Of a stretch of 64,000 bases of DNA, positions 29,422 to 40,186 are shown piece after piece. The DNA is from an uncultured Holophagales bacterium. Its GTDB lineage: Bacteria > Acidobacteriota > Thermoanaerobaculia > Multivoradales > UBA5704. The notes below the pieces were generated by a model that saw nothing but the letters and a program-made list of their open reading frames with translations, made no database searches and was not told where the DNA came from. Every line of letters starts with the position of its first letter. Positions within the stretch are counted from its first letter, which is position 1. The DNA is taken from positions 1,696,001 through 1,760,000 of the forward strand of contig CAWJGT010000003.1 of assembly GCA_963842525.1 (NCBI GenBank), given 5' to 3'. The position numbers were made by a program, and so were the translations under genes.

Positions 29422-29520
29422 GCCCCGCAATCCCTCTCGTTGTAGAGGTTTGGCAAGACGTCGCGAGTGAGGATAGCAGAAGTGGCGGCAACTTTTCGGG
29501 GAACAAATGTGGCCTGGGTT

Positions 29521-29549
29521 TGTCAGAAAAGCCGGGCTCGCGGCGAATA
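29521..29549 (+). promoter_or_regulatory. Putative ECF promoter TGTCAG-N17-CGAATA
   Basis: Same motif; 3' half duplicated at 30286-30311. Confidence 0.7.
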
Positions 29550-29615
29550 CCAGAGCGGCTTGTGCTTTCACCCGAGACCCAGGAGTGGCCCCAAAGGGGA
29601 CCAAGGAGGTGAGCA

Positions 29616-30275
29616 ATGCGCGGCAAGAAGCCCGAAGCCGAACGTGGCGACAATCTCGCGACGGCCAGTTCTCAGCCGTCGGCCGAGCTCGCAGCCCTGC
29701 ACAGCAGGCTTGCCAAGCTCGAAGCTTTCTTCAGACCGCAAGCGCCAACTCCGGGAACGGTCTTGATTGATTCGCCAGCTCTTCCTTCCGGCAATCTGCT
29801 GATCAGCCAGGGCGGCTTCGAGTCGACGGCCGCAGTTGCAGGAGAGTTGGTCTCCCAGGCAGAGGACATGGCCGATGACAACGCGCTGGATCATGATGAG
29901 TTAGATCCTCTGATCGACAAGATCGGTAACGCACCTGCACCTTCGAGGGATAAAATAGAACCTTTCCAGACAAAAGCTGACGGACTGGCGAAAAGACTTC
30001 GCGAGACGCTCAACAAGGCGCGGGCTGCCAAGGGTAAGGTGGCTGGGGCCGCCGCCGCTGCAAAGCAGTTCAAGGCAGAAAAGATCAAGAAGGCCGAAGC
30101 TTCCTTCAAGGAAGCAGCGAAGTTGCTCCGAGAGTATGACGCAACTCCAAAAGCCAAATCGAAGGATACGGCCAAAAATCTGGCCGAACTGCTGAAGAAA
30201 GCCTTGGAGAAGCTGGCCACGGATCTGGATCATCTGAAGGAGGCCCTGGAAGCCATTGAAGATAAGAATGACTAG
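29616..30275 (+). CDS. Lys/Ala-rich coiled-coil hypothetical protein
   Basis: SD AAGGAGG; all-helical C-terminal half. Confidence 0.75.
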   Translation: MRGKKPEAERGDNLATASSQPSAELAALHSRLAKLEAFFRPQAPTPGTVLIDSPALPSGNLLISQGGFESTAAVAGELVSQAEDMADDNALDHDELDPLIDKIGNAPAPSRDKIEPFQTKADGLAKRLRETLNKARAAKGKVAGAAAAAKQFKAEKIKKAEASFKEAAKLLREYDATPKAKSKDTAKNLAELLKKALEKLATDLDHLKEALEAIEDKND

Positions 30276-30355
30276 CCGGACAGCCAGCCGGGCTCGCGGC
30301 GAATACCAGAGCATAAGCCGGGGCTGCCACCTGGCCTCAATGAAGGGGGAGTGAA

Positions 30356-30952
30356 ATGCTCAGCAACAGCCTGTTTGCAAGCCTCGTCTGCATGTTCCTG
30401 GCGATCGGCTGCCACGCCGTGAACGAACCGGCAACGCATCGCAACGGCAACTTCGACCTCCGTATCCAGCAAATGATCGAAGAGCGGGGAGACCCGATCC
30501 TGGTCGTGGCGGATGGCACGGCCCTCCTGCTCGAGGGCCTCCCTTCGGCCGTCCTCGAACAGGCCGGGATCAGCATCCATGGTGACGAGCTCATCCTCCA
30601 CCAGTCGAGCGGCGGCGAAGAGGTGTACCACTTTGCCTACGTTCGCGCTCCCCAGGCTCTGCTCTGGTATGCGCTGGAGCTGGAGGACAGCGGGGATCCA
30701 GTGGAGGTCACATACCGCCATTCCGAGTGCCTCACGCCGGTCGCCTGCCGGGTCGAGTGCCACACGGCCGGTCTCAACTTCTACGCCAAAGAGACCCCGA
30801 TCGGCGATCCGAAGAGGTGCAAGAGGATCCAGGAAGACAAGACCTGTACGGACACCCTGAAAGCGGTCTGCTCCCGGCAGCTTTTCTTCGACCCGCGATG
30901 CACCCGGCCCGCGGGCGGACCTTTCGATCGCGAAGACCTGCGCTGCAACTGA
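30356..30952 (+). CDS. Cys-rich putative lipoprotein
   Basis: Hydrophobic leader ending LAIGC; eight Cys in the C-terminal half. Confidence 0.7.
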   Translation: MLSNSLFASLVCMFLAIGCHAVNEPATHRNGNFDLRIQQMIEERGDPILVVADGTALLLEGLPSAVLEQAGISIHGDELILHQSSGGEEVYHFAYVRAPQALLWYALELEDSGDPVEVTYRHSECLTPVACRVECHTAGLNFYAKETPIGDPKRCKRIQEDKTCTDTLKAVCSRQLFFDPRCTRPAGGPFDREDLRCN

Positions 30953-31092
30953 GAGGGTCTCTCGACGCGGCGCACCCGGGTCGCCGTGGGAAGGGCGGAT
31001 TACAGAAAATTTACGTTCCTGCGACGCCGGCGCTCCCGGCCTCCGTAGTAGGATCGAGCCGCTCGCTCTTCGGGCTCGAAAGGAGAACTGCT

Positions 31093-32400
31093 GTGTCCAG
31101 ATTCCTGTCACGTCCTGCCGTTGCGGTCGGTCTGATCCTCTCGGCGTCGGTTGCTCTCGGGGCCGCTGCCCGGGATGCCTCTCCGGATTGGCCCCAGTGG
31201 CGCGGCCCCAACCGGGATGCGGTCGCCAAGGAGACGGGGCTGCTCACGCAGTGGCCGGAGTCCGGCCCGCCGCTGGCCTGGAAGGCGAGCGGCCTTGGCG
31301 GCGGCTTTTCGAGCCTGGCGATCGCCGGTGGCCGGATTTACACCCTGGGCGATCTCCAGGGCAGCCAGCAGGTGGTGGCGATGAGCCTCGCGGACGGCAA
31401 GATCGCCTGGACCGCGAAGGTCGGTCCCATCTGGGAGGACGAATACGGCGGGCCGCGGGGGACGCCGACCGTCGACGGCAACCGGATCTATACCCTCGGC
31501 ACCGACGGCGACCTGGTCAGCCTGGACGCGGCTTCTGGCAAAGAGGTCTGGCGGAAGAGCCTGGCCCGCGACTTCGGCGGCCGGATGATGTCGGGCTGGA
31601 AGTGGAGCGAATCCCCGCTGGTGGACGGCGACCGGCTGATCGTGACGCCGGGGGTGCCCGAGGCGATCCTGGTGGCCCTGGACAAGAAGACCGGCAAGGA
31701 GGTCTGGCGCTCCGCGGCATCAGCTCTCGGCACCCAGGGGAAGGACGGCGCCGGCTACGCGTCCGTGATCATCTCGCAGGGCGGCGGCGTCAAGCAGTAC
31801 ATCCAGCTCACCGGCCGCGGCCTGGTCTCGGTGCGGGCCCAGGACGGCAAGTTCCTCTGGGGCTACAACAAGGTCGCCAACCAGGTGGCGAACATCTCGA
31901 CGCCGGTCATCCGCGGCGACTACGTCTTCGCCTCGACCGGCTATCAGACGGGGAGCGTCCTGCTCAAGCTGAGCCGTGCCGGCGAGGGGGTGCAGGCGGA
32001 GGAGGTGTACTTCCTGCCGTCCAAGTCGCTGCAGAACCACCACGGCGGCCTGGTCCTGCTCGGCGACCACATCTACGGCGGCCACGGGCACAACCGGGGC
32101 TATCCCATCTGCGTCGAGATGGCGACCGGCAAGGTTGCCTGGGGCGGGGAAGGGGTCGAGACCAAGCACGGCGGCACCGGCTCGGCCGCGGTCACGGCCG
32201 CCGACGGCCATCTGTATTTCCGCTATCAGAACGGCCGCATGGCCCTGATCGAAGCCACGCCACAGGGGTACAAGGAGAAGGGCGCGTTCAGCATCCCGGA
32301 GGTCAGCCATCCGAGCTGGTCGCATCCGGTGGTGGCCGGGGGCAAGCTCTACCTGCGGGAGCAGGACACGCTGTACGTGTACAACCTGCGGCGCGGCTGA
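31093..32400 (+). CDS. PQQ-binding-like beta-propeller (BamB-like) secreted protein
   Basis: [15 protein letters not shown] repeats, WSHPVVAGGKLYLR. Confidence 0.9.
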   Translation: MSRFLSRPAVAVGLILSASVALGAAARDASPDWPQWRGPNRDAVAKETGLLTQWPESGPPLAWKASGLGGGFSSLAIAGGRIYTLGDLQGSQQVVAMSLADGKIAWTAKVGPIWEDEYGGPRGTPTVDGNRIYTLGTDGDLVSLDAASGKEVWRKSLARDFGGRMMSGWKWSESPLVDGDRLIVTPGVPEAILVALDKKTGKEVWRSAASALGTQGKDGAGYASVIISQGGGVKQYIQLTGRGLVSVRAQDGKFLWGYNKVANQVANISTPVIRGDYVFASTGYQTGSVLLKLSRAGEGVQAEEVYFLPSKSLQNHHGGLVLLGDHIYGGHGHNRGYPICVEMATGKVAWGGEGVETKHGGTGSAAVTAADGHLYFRYQNGRMALIEATPQGYKEKGAFSIPEVSHPSWSHPVVAGGKLYLREQDTLYVYNLRRG

Positions 32401-32403
32401 GAT

Positions 32404-33027
32404 CTACCTCTCGATTCTGGAGCCCGTCGACTCGGCGGGCTCCGACGTGCTCATGAGGCTTGCGGAGGTCACGCCGGTCCGCACGTCCAGAGGCTCAGTC
32501 TGCTTGATGGCTCCCTCTTGAATCTGGAAGGGAGAGTAGGAGGCGCTCAGCCAGACGGGCTCGCAACCGCTCTGGCCGCAGGGCTCCGACTGCATGATCT
32601 GGGCGAATCCGACGATCTTCGCGGTGCCGGATTTGATGGCCGGGATCGCGATCTCTTCGGTCCAGGCATGCTCACCGTTGGGCGGCAGGTCGAAGGGCTC
32701 CTCGCAGGAAGGCTGGTCCGCGTGCTGCTGCGCGAGCGTGTATCCGTATTCGCGGTCGAGCCCCCAGAGATGGACGACGCGCCCTTCGGACAGGCACGTG
32801 TGGATCGTCTGGTCTCCGGTGTTGCGGATCGTGAACCGCAGGGGCAGGCGCATACCGCCGGGAGACGTCGCCACGGCGGGCCGGATCTCGAGCTGCAGCG
32901 CGCTGTCGGAGGAAGCCACATGATCCGGTGCGAGCACAGGGCTTTTCGCGGCCGAACCACAGGCGAAAGACGAAAACGATAGGGTCAACAGGAGAGCCGT
33001 CCTGATTGTTTTCACGGTCATGGTCAA
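32404..33027 (-). CDS. Putative lipoprotein
   Basis: Signal peptide with SFAC lipobox; Ig-like segment. Confidence 0.7.
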   Translation of the reverse strand: MTMTVKTIRTALLLTLSFSSFACGSAAKSPVLAPDHVASSDSALQLEIRPAVATSPGGMRLPLRFTIRNTGDQTIHTCLSEGRVVHLWGLDREYGYTLAQQHADQPSCEEPFDLPPNGEHAWTEEIAIPAIKSGTAKIVGFAQIMQSEPCGQSGCEPVWLSASYSPFQIQEGAIKQTEPLDVRTGVTSASLMSTSEPAESTGSRIER

Positions 33028-33077
33028 AGCACCTCGTCGAGCTTCCGTCGCCGTGAAGCAGCGACAACCTGCCCGTC

Positions 33078-33093
33078 AGCAAGGGACGTGCCA
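33078..33093 (-). promoter_or_regulatory. Sigma54 promoter TGGCACGTCCCTTGCT
   Basis: Matches the -24/-12 consensus TGGCACG-N4-TTGC. Confidence 0.8.
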
Positions 33094-33095
33094 GG

Positions 33096-33230
33096 AGCCC
33101 TCACCCCCTGACCCCCTCCCATCCGCACTCCCTTCCCCCGGGAGAGGGGGAACCGAGAGGGAAGGGTGGTGGCGCCCCTCTCCCGGGTGGGCGTGAGTGC
33201 GGATGGGAGAGGGGGACGGGGGTGAGGGCT
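33096..33230. repeat. CCCTCTCCC/GGGAGAGGG palindromic element
   Basis: Same family as 11215-11367. Confidence 0.75.
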
Positions 33231-33231
33231 T

Positions 33232-34875
<1,644 letters not shown>

Positions 34876-34929
34876 TGGTAGATCAGTGTAGCGGGCGAGC
34901 TTGCCGTAGGGCAAGAACAGTGCCATGCA

Positions 34930-35839
34930 TCAATCCTCTTTGGGGCGCAGGCAATAGGACTGAAGGGCGATCCCGAAACGGTTCTTCGCGCTGTAGTGGA
35001 CGGCGACGACCGCATCCCTCTCGGTCTGGAAGCTCGATCCAGCCGGACGGTCTGCCCAGGCCGAGGTCGGTCACCGTGACCACCTGGAGAGGCAGGAGGC
35101 GGAGCGGCACGCCGGCGATCTCCTGACCCGACTCGTCATGGGCCCGGACGTCGGCGCGGGCCGTGTAGGCATCGCTCGCGGCGCTCCTGGAGGGCTTGCC
35201 TTCGACGTCGGACCAGACGACCACCCGGGTGCCGCCGTCGAAGTTGCCGCGGGTGAGGAAGCGGAGGGCGTGCCGGCCGCAGAGGCCCGGGCAGGCGGCG
35301 GCCGGGTCGATGTTGACCAGCGTGTCGCCCTCGCCGAGGGTGCGGCTGCCGTCGAGCAGGAAGTAGTCGCCCCAGAGGGCCGCCGGCGCCGGGTCGCCCA
35401 ACGCCTTGATCCGCACCGAGCCGACGGCGAGGAAGGGGGCCACGGGCGTCGCATAGTAAAGGTTGTCGCGGGGGGAGACCTGGCCCAGCAAGGCCGCCTG
35501 GAGGTGCTTCTGCTCGGTCCGGTTGATCTTGCGGCCCGGCATGGTGCCGGAGATCCAGCTCCGCAGGTCGAAGCTCCGCACCTGGCCCGGAGCGAGGGTG
35601 AGCTGGCATCGCGAGATCGGAACGCCCCAGTTGGTGGAGACGGTGACGGCGATGTCGACGGGGACGTCCGCGTCGTTGCCAACCGCGAACAGGGTGTTGA
35701 TGCCGTTCTGCCGCAGGTCCACCTCGAAGTAGGGGAGAAGGACCTCGGCGGAGGGCCTCTGCTGCGCCGCGGCCGGCCGGCCAGGCAGCGCGGCAAGGGC
35801 CATCACCAGGCAGCTCAGGAGGCTCGCGGGTCTCGTCAT
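34930..35839 (-). CDS. Secreted protein, paralog of the N-terminal domain of 35916..39893 (apparent +1 frameshift at 35029-35035)
   Basis: SAEVLLPYFEVDL..ALWGDYF; repaired end RFGIALQSYCL matches the paralog. Confidence 0.8.
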
Positions 35840-35862
35840 GGATTCTTCCTCTCCAGGATTAG

Positions 35863-35894
35863 AAAAACCCGGCGGCCGGAGCCGCCGGGGGTTT
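35863..35894 (-). terminator. Intrinsic terminator
   Basis: CCCGGCGGC stem followed by T-run on the minus strand. Confidence 0.7.
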
Positions 35895-35915
35895 ATGGGG
35901 AGAGGGGAGACCGGA

Positions 35916-38900
35916 TCAATCGATGGGGCAACCCAGGTTGTTGTCGCGGTCCAGATCCTCGGCCAGGTCGAGGATGCGGTTCCGGTCACGGCTTGCGAGG
36001 GCCGCATTCACGTCGCTGAGCACGCTCGCCACGCTGCGCGTGTAGGTGACCTCCGGGTGCGAGGCGTTGAGAAGGGCCGCGACGGCTTGCTTCAGCAGGT
36101 TGCCGGCCGCGCCGTTGAGGTCCGAGCCGCCGTTCGAGTAGAGCGCCTCGTGCAGGGTGTCCCAGGCGTGCTCCGAATATCCGGAGGCCGCGGAGAACAC
36201 GTCCTTCACCTTCTGGCTGGTCCGGTAGCCGGTGGACCCCCAGTCACTGGTGTGGTTCTTCCAGAAGCCATGCGAGCAGCCGTCGCAGGTCGGCTGGGGG
36301 GGCTTCTTGCCGTAGTAGTAGCTGGAGTCGTCGTCGCGGACCTGCGAGCCGCAGGGCGGATTCGCGGTGACCGTGGCGGTGTTCTTGTACTGCCCCTCCT
36401 TGGCGGTGCCGGTGAGGGTGCAGGTCATGGTCGCGCCGGGGGCCAGGCTGGTCGCCGGGCAGGTCACGACGCCTTCCTTGTCGTCGACCACCTTGATGCC
36501 GGAGAGGGCCACGTCGCCCTTGTTGGTGACGACGTAGGTCCAGGTCACCGGGGAGCCGACCGGGATCTCGGGGCCCGGGGCGCTGTGGGGCCGCACACCG
36601 TTGGTCCACTTGTCGATGTCGATGTCCGCACGGCTCTCGCCGAAGTAGAAGCTCATGTCGCTCGCGGTGACCGACTGGCCGCCGGGGGAGGTCGCGGTGA
36701 CCGTGCCCTTGTTGCTGTACTGGCAGGCGACGGCGACGCCGGTGCGCGAGCAGGTCATGGACTCGCCGGGCTGGAGGCTGGTCTTGGGGCAGCTCACCAG
36801 GCCTTCCTTGTCGTCGGTGACCACGATGCTGTCGAGGCGGACGTTGCCGGTGTTGGTGACCGCGTACCGCCAGGTCACCGGGCTGCCGACCTTGATGTTG
36901 CGGCCCGGGGCCCTGTCGCACCAGTTGTCGTTGGTGGTCTTGACGATCTTGATCTTCGGGTCTTCGGGCTTGTAGCCGAAGTAGTGGCTGGGGTCCTCGT
37001 CGCGCACCGTGGTGCCCTGGTAGGTGCCGGAGACCTTGCCGATGTTCTTGTACTGCCCTTCCTTGGCCGAGCCGTTGCCGGTGCAGCGCATGCTCTCGCC
37101 GGGCTGGAGGCTGGTCTTCGGGCAGCTCACGGACACGCCCTGGTCGTCGGTGACGCGGACGTCGGAGAGGGCGACGTCGCCGGTGTTGGTGACGAAGTAC
37201 TCCCAGAGGACCGGCTTGCCGACCTCGATGCGGGGACCGGTCGGGGCGTCGGCGTCGTCGCCGTTGGTGTGCTTCTCGATGTCGATCGCGACGTTGTTCC
37301 GGAAGCCGAAGTAGTGGCTGGGGTCCTCGTCGCGGACGGTCTGACCCCTGGGCGAGGTGCCCACGGCGGTGCCGACGTTGCGGTACTGCCCTTCCTTGGC
37401 CGAGCCGTTGCCGGTGCAGCGCATCTGCTCGTCGGGCTGGAGGCTGGTCTTCGGGCAGCTCACGGCCACGCCCTGGTCGTCGGTGACGCGGACATTGGAG
37501 AGGGCCGACTTGCCGGTGTTGGTGACGATGTACTCCCAGAGGACCGGCTTGCCGACCTCGATCCGCGGGCCGGTCGGGACGTTGGCGTCGTCGCCGTTGG
37601 TGAGCTTCTTGATGCTGATCTCCGGGCAGTCGCAGGTCTCGTCCTTGCCGAAGTAGTTGCTGGGGTCGGAGTCACGGACCGTCTTGCCCTTGGGCGAGGC
37701 GCCGGTGGCGGAGCCGATGTTGGTGTACTGGCCCTTGATCGCGGTGCCGTTGCCGGTGCAGCGTATCGTCTCGCCGATCTTGAGGGAGGTCTTGGGGCAG
37801 CTCACGGCCACGCCCTTGTCGTCGGTCACCCTGACGTTCGAAAGGTCGGTGTTGCCGGTGTTGGTGACGAAGTACTCCCAGAGGACCGGGCTGCCGACCA
37901 GGAGCTCGGGCCCCTTGGCCACGTCGGCGTCCTCGCCGTTGGTGTGCTTCTCGATGTCGATCGCCGGGCACTCAGGATCCGACCCGCCGAAGTAATTGCT
38001 GGGGTCCTGATCGCGGACGACCTCACCCTTGGGCGAGGTGCCGGTGACGGAGCCGAGGTTGGTGTACTGGCCTTCCCGGGCCGTGCCGCGGCCGGTGCAG
38101 GTCATGGACTCCTGGATCGCGAGGGTGGTCTTCGGGCAGGTCACGGCCACGCCCTTGTCGTCGGTCACCTTGATGCTTGCGAGGCTCGTATCGCCGATGT
38201 TCTTGACGATGTACTCCCAGAGGACCGGGCTGCCGACCAGGAGCCTGGGGCCGGGGGCGGCGTCGGCGTCCTCGCCGTTGGTGAGCTTCTCGATGTCGAT
38301 TCCCGGATGGTCCGGAGGCGGCGCGCCGGTGTAGTAGGCGGGATCGGTGTCCTTGACCTCGTTGCCGCAGGAGGTGGCGGCGCTGGCGGTGCCGACGTTC
38401 TTGTAGGCGCCGGAGATGGCCTTGCTCTGGGCGGTGCAGGTCATCGTCTCGCCGGGCCGCAGGGAGCCCCTGGGGCAGGTCACGGTGAGCGTCTTGTCGT
38501 CGTCGGTGACCTTGATGTTGTTGAGGGCCACGTCGCCCGTGTTGGTCACGAAGTAGGCCCAGTCGACCGTGTCGCCCAGCCTGACCTCGAGGCCCGGGGC
38601 GGTGTCGGCGTCGGCGCCGTTGACGAGCTTCTCGATGTCGAGCTCCGCGTTCTGGCCGCCGAAGTAGTGGCTCACGTCCTCGGCCTCGACGTCCAGGCCG
38701 TTCGGGGTCTTGCCGAACACGGTGCCGAGGTTCTTGTACTGGCAGGTCTGGGCGACGCCGCGGCCGGTGCAGGTCATGGACTCGCCGGGCTCGAGGGCGT
38801 CCTTCGGGCAGAGCACGTTCACGCCCTGGTCGTCCTCGACCTCGATCTCGGAGATCCGCACGCCGCCGTCGTTGGTCACGATGTAGTCCCACTGCACGGA

Positions 38901-39893
38901 GTCGCCGACCGGGATGGCCGGGCCGGGCGGGAAGTTGGCGTCCTCGCCGTTGGTCAGCTTCTTGAGCTTGAGGCCCGCGCCCGGGGTGATGGTGAACGGC
39001 AGGCAGTAGGACTGCAGAGCGATGCCGAAGCGGCTCTTCGAGCTGTGGTGGACGGCGATGGCGGAGAGCGCCTCGGTCTGGAAATCGAGCCATCCGGCCG
39101 GCTGCGTCAGGCCGAGGCTGGACACCGCCACGACCTGCATGGGCAGGAGCCGGAGCTGGTTGCTGCCGATCGCCTGACCGGCCTCGTTGTAGGCCTTCGC
39201 GCTGGCCGGGAGGACGGCCGTCCCGCCGGAGGTCTTCGAGGGCGTGCCCGCCAGGTCGGACCACACCACCACCTGGGTGCCGCCGTCAAAGGCGCCGCTC
39301 TGGAGGAACCGCAGGGCGTGCCGGTTGCACAGCCCGGGGCAGCCGACGTTCTGGTCGAGGTTGATCAGGGTGTCGCCCTCGCCGAAAGTCTTGGTGCCAT
39401 TGAGGATGAAGTAGTCGCCCCACAGCGCGGCGGGCGCAGGATCGCCCTGCGCCTTGATGCGGACATAGCCGACCGCGAGGTTGGGAGAAACCTGGGTCGA
39501 ATAGTAGAGCTTGTCCTTGGGCGAGGGCTGGCCTATCAGGACGGCCTTGAAGTGGTTTGCCTCGGCCTTGCTCAGCTTCCTGTCGGGGAGGGTGCCGGCC
39601 AGCCAGGGCCGCAGGTCGAACGAGCGGATCTGGTTGGGGGCCAGCGTCACGGTGCTCGTCGAGATGGCGATGCCCCAGTTGGTGTAGACCGTCACCGTTG
39701 CCTTGACGGGTGTGGTCTGGGCGTTGCCGATCGCGAACATGGTGGTGACGCCGGTGGTCGTCTGAAGGTCGACCTCGAAGTACGGCAGGAGCACTTCCGA
39801 GGAGGGCTTCTGCTGCGCTGCTGCCGGCTGCTGTCCAAGCAGCGCGGCAAACACCAGCGCCAGACAGATCTGCGTGTTCTTCCTTGTAGACAT
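35916..39893 (-). CDS. Large secreted repeat protein (DUF11/DUF7507-like Ig repeats, Cys-containing)
   Basis: Signal peptide; eight repeats IEK.TNG.DAD..PGP...VG.PV.W.Y.VTNTG...CPKTSL.PGE.M.C. Confidence 0.88.
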   Translation of the reverse strand: MSTRKNTQICLALVFAALLGQQPAAAQQKPSSEVLLPYFEVDLQTTTGVTTMFAIGNAQTTPVKATVTVYTNWGIAISTSTVTLAPNQIRSFDLRPWLAGTLPDRKLSKAEANHFKAVLIGQPSPKDKLYYSTQVSPNLAVGYVRIKAQGDPAPAALWGDYFILNGTKTFGEGDTLINLDQNVGCPGLCNRHALRFLQSGAFDGGTQVVVWSDLAGTPSKTSGGTAVLPASAKAYNEAGQAIGSNQLRLLPMQVVAVSSLGLTQPAGWLDFQTEALSAIAVHHSSKSRFGIALQSYCLPFTITPGAGLKLKKLTNGEDANFPPGPAIPVGDSVQWDYIVTNDGGVRISEIEVEDDQGVNVLCPKDALEPGESMTCTGRGVAQTCQYKNLGTVFGKTPNGLDVEAEDVSHYFGGQNAELDIEKLVNGADADTAPGLEVRLGDTVDWAYFVTNTGDVALNNIKVTDDDKTLTVTCPRGSLRPGETMTCTAQSKAISGAYKNVGTASAATSCGNEVKDTDPAYYTGAPPPDHPGIDIEKLTNGEDADAAPGPRLLVGSPVLWEYIVKNIGDTSLASIKVTDDKGVAVTCPKTTLAIQESMTCTGRGTAREGQYTNLGSVTGTSPKGEVVRDQDPSNYFGGSDPECPAIDIEKHTNGEDADVAKGPELLVGSPVLWEYFVTNTGNTDLSNVRVTDDKGVAVSCPKTSLKIGETIRCTGNGTAIKGQYTNIGSATGASPKGKTVRDSDPSNYFGKDETCDCPEISIKKLTNGDDANVPTGPRIEVGKPVLWEYIVTNTGKSALSNVRVTDDQGVAVSCPKTSLQPDEQMRCTGNGSAKEGQYRNVGTAVGTSPRGQTVRDEDPSHYFGFRNNVAIDIEKHTNGDDADAPTGPRIEVGKPVLWEYFVTNTGDVALSDVRVTDDQGVSVSCPKTSLQPGESMRCTGNGSAKEGQYKNIGKVSGTYQGTTVRDEDPSHYFGYKPEDPKIKIVKTTNDNWCDRAPGRNIKVGSPVTWRYAVTNTGNVRLDSIVVTDDKEGLVSCPKTSLQPGESMTCSRTGVAVACQYSNKGTVTATSPGGQSVTASDMSFYFGESRADIDIDKWTNGVRPHSAPGPEIPVGSPVTWTYVVTNKGDVALSGIKVVDDKEGVVTCPATSLAPGATMTCTLTGTAKEGQYKNTATVTANPPCGSQVRDDDSSYYYGKKPPQPTCDGCSHGFWKNHTSDWGSTGYRTSQKVKDVFSAASGYSEHAWDTLHEALYSNGGSDLNGAAGNLLKQAVAALLNASHPEVTYTRSVASVLSDVNAALASRDRNRILDLAEDLDRDNNLGCPID

Positions 39894-39961
39894 CGCCTTC
39901 TCCTTTTTGAACGGTTCCGAAGACCGTTGGGCTTTCTTGTCTCGGTATCGCCCCGGAGAAG

Positions 39962-39978
39962 GGCAAGCCGCGTACCAA
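39962..39978 (-). promoter_or_regulatory. Sigma54-like promoter TTGGTACGCGGCTTGCC
   Basis: GG-N10-GC spacing, upstream of 39893. Confidence 0.65.
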
Positions 39979-40020
39979 CGGACGGATCTTCGTAACTGTC
40001 AGAAAGGAAAGGCTTTGTGG

Positions 40021-40053
40021 TCTGACACGGCTTTCGTGGAAAGCCGTGTCAGA
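40021..40053. promoter_or_regulatory. Perfect 15-bp inverted repeat TCTGACACGGCTTTC-GTG-GAAAGCCGTGTCAGA
   Basis: Seen directly; lies among several TGTCAG half-sites; enhancer or terminator role unresolved. Confidence 0.5.
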
Positions 40054-40186
40054 GAGGTGTCGGCTGTGTCAGGGTCTGTCAGGCGTGTCTGGCCGGCCCA
40101 GGTGCGCTCTTGCCACGACGGCCGAGCTGCGTTCCCCCTCTCCCGGTTGGGGGGAGTGCGATGGGAGAGGGGGACAGGGGGTGAGG

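Noticed and set aside
39997-40025. Additional ECF promoter at TGTCAGAAAGG
   Set aside because: No CGAA at 17-bp spacing and it points away from the adjacent gene start
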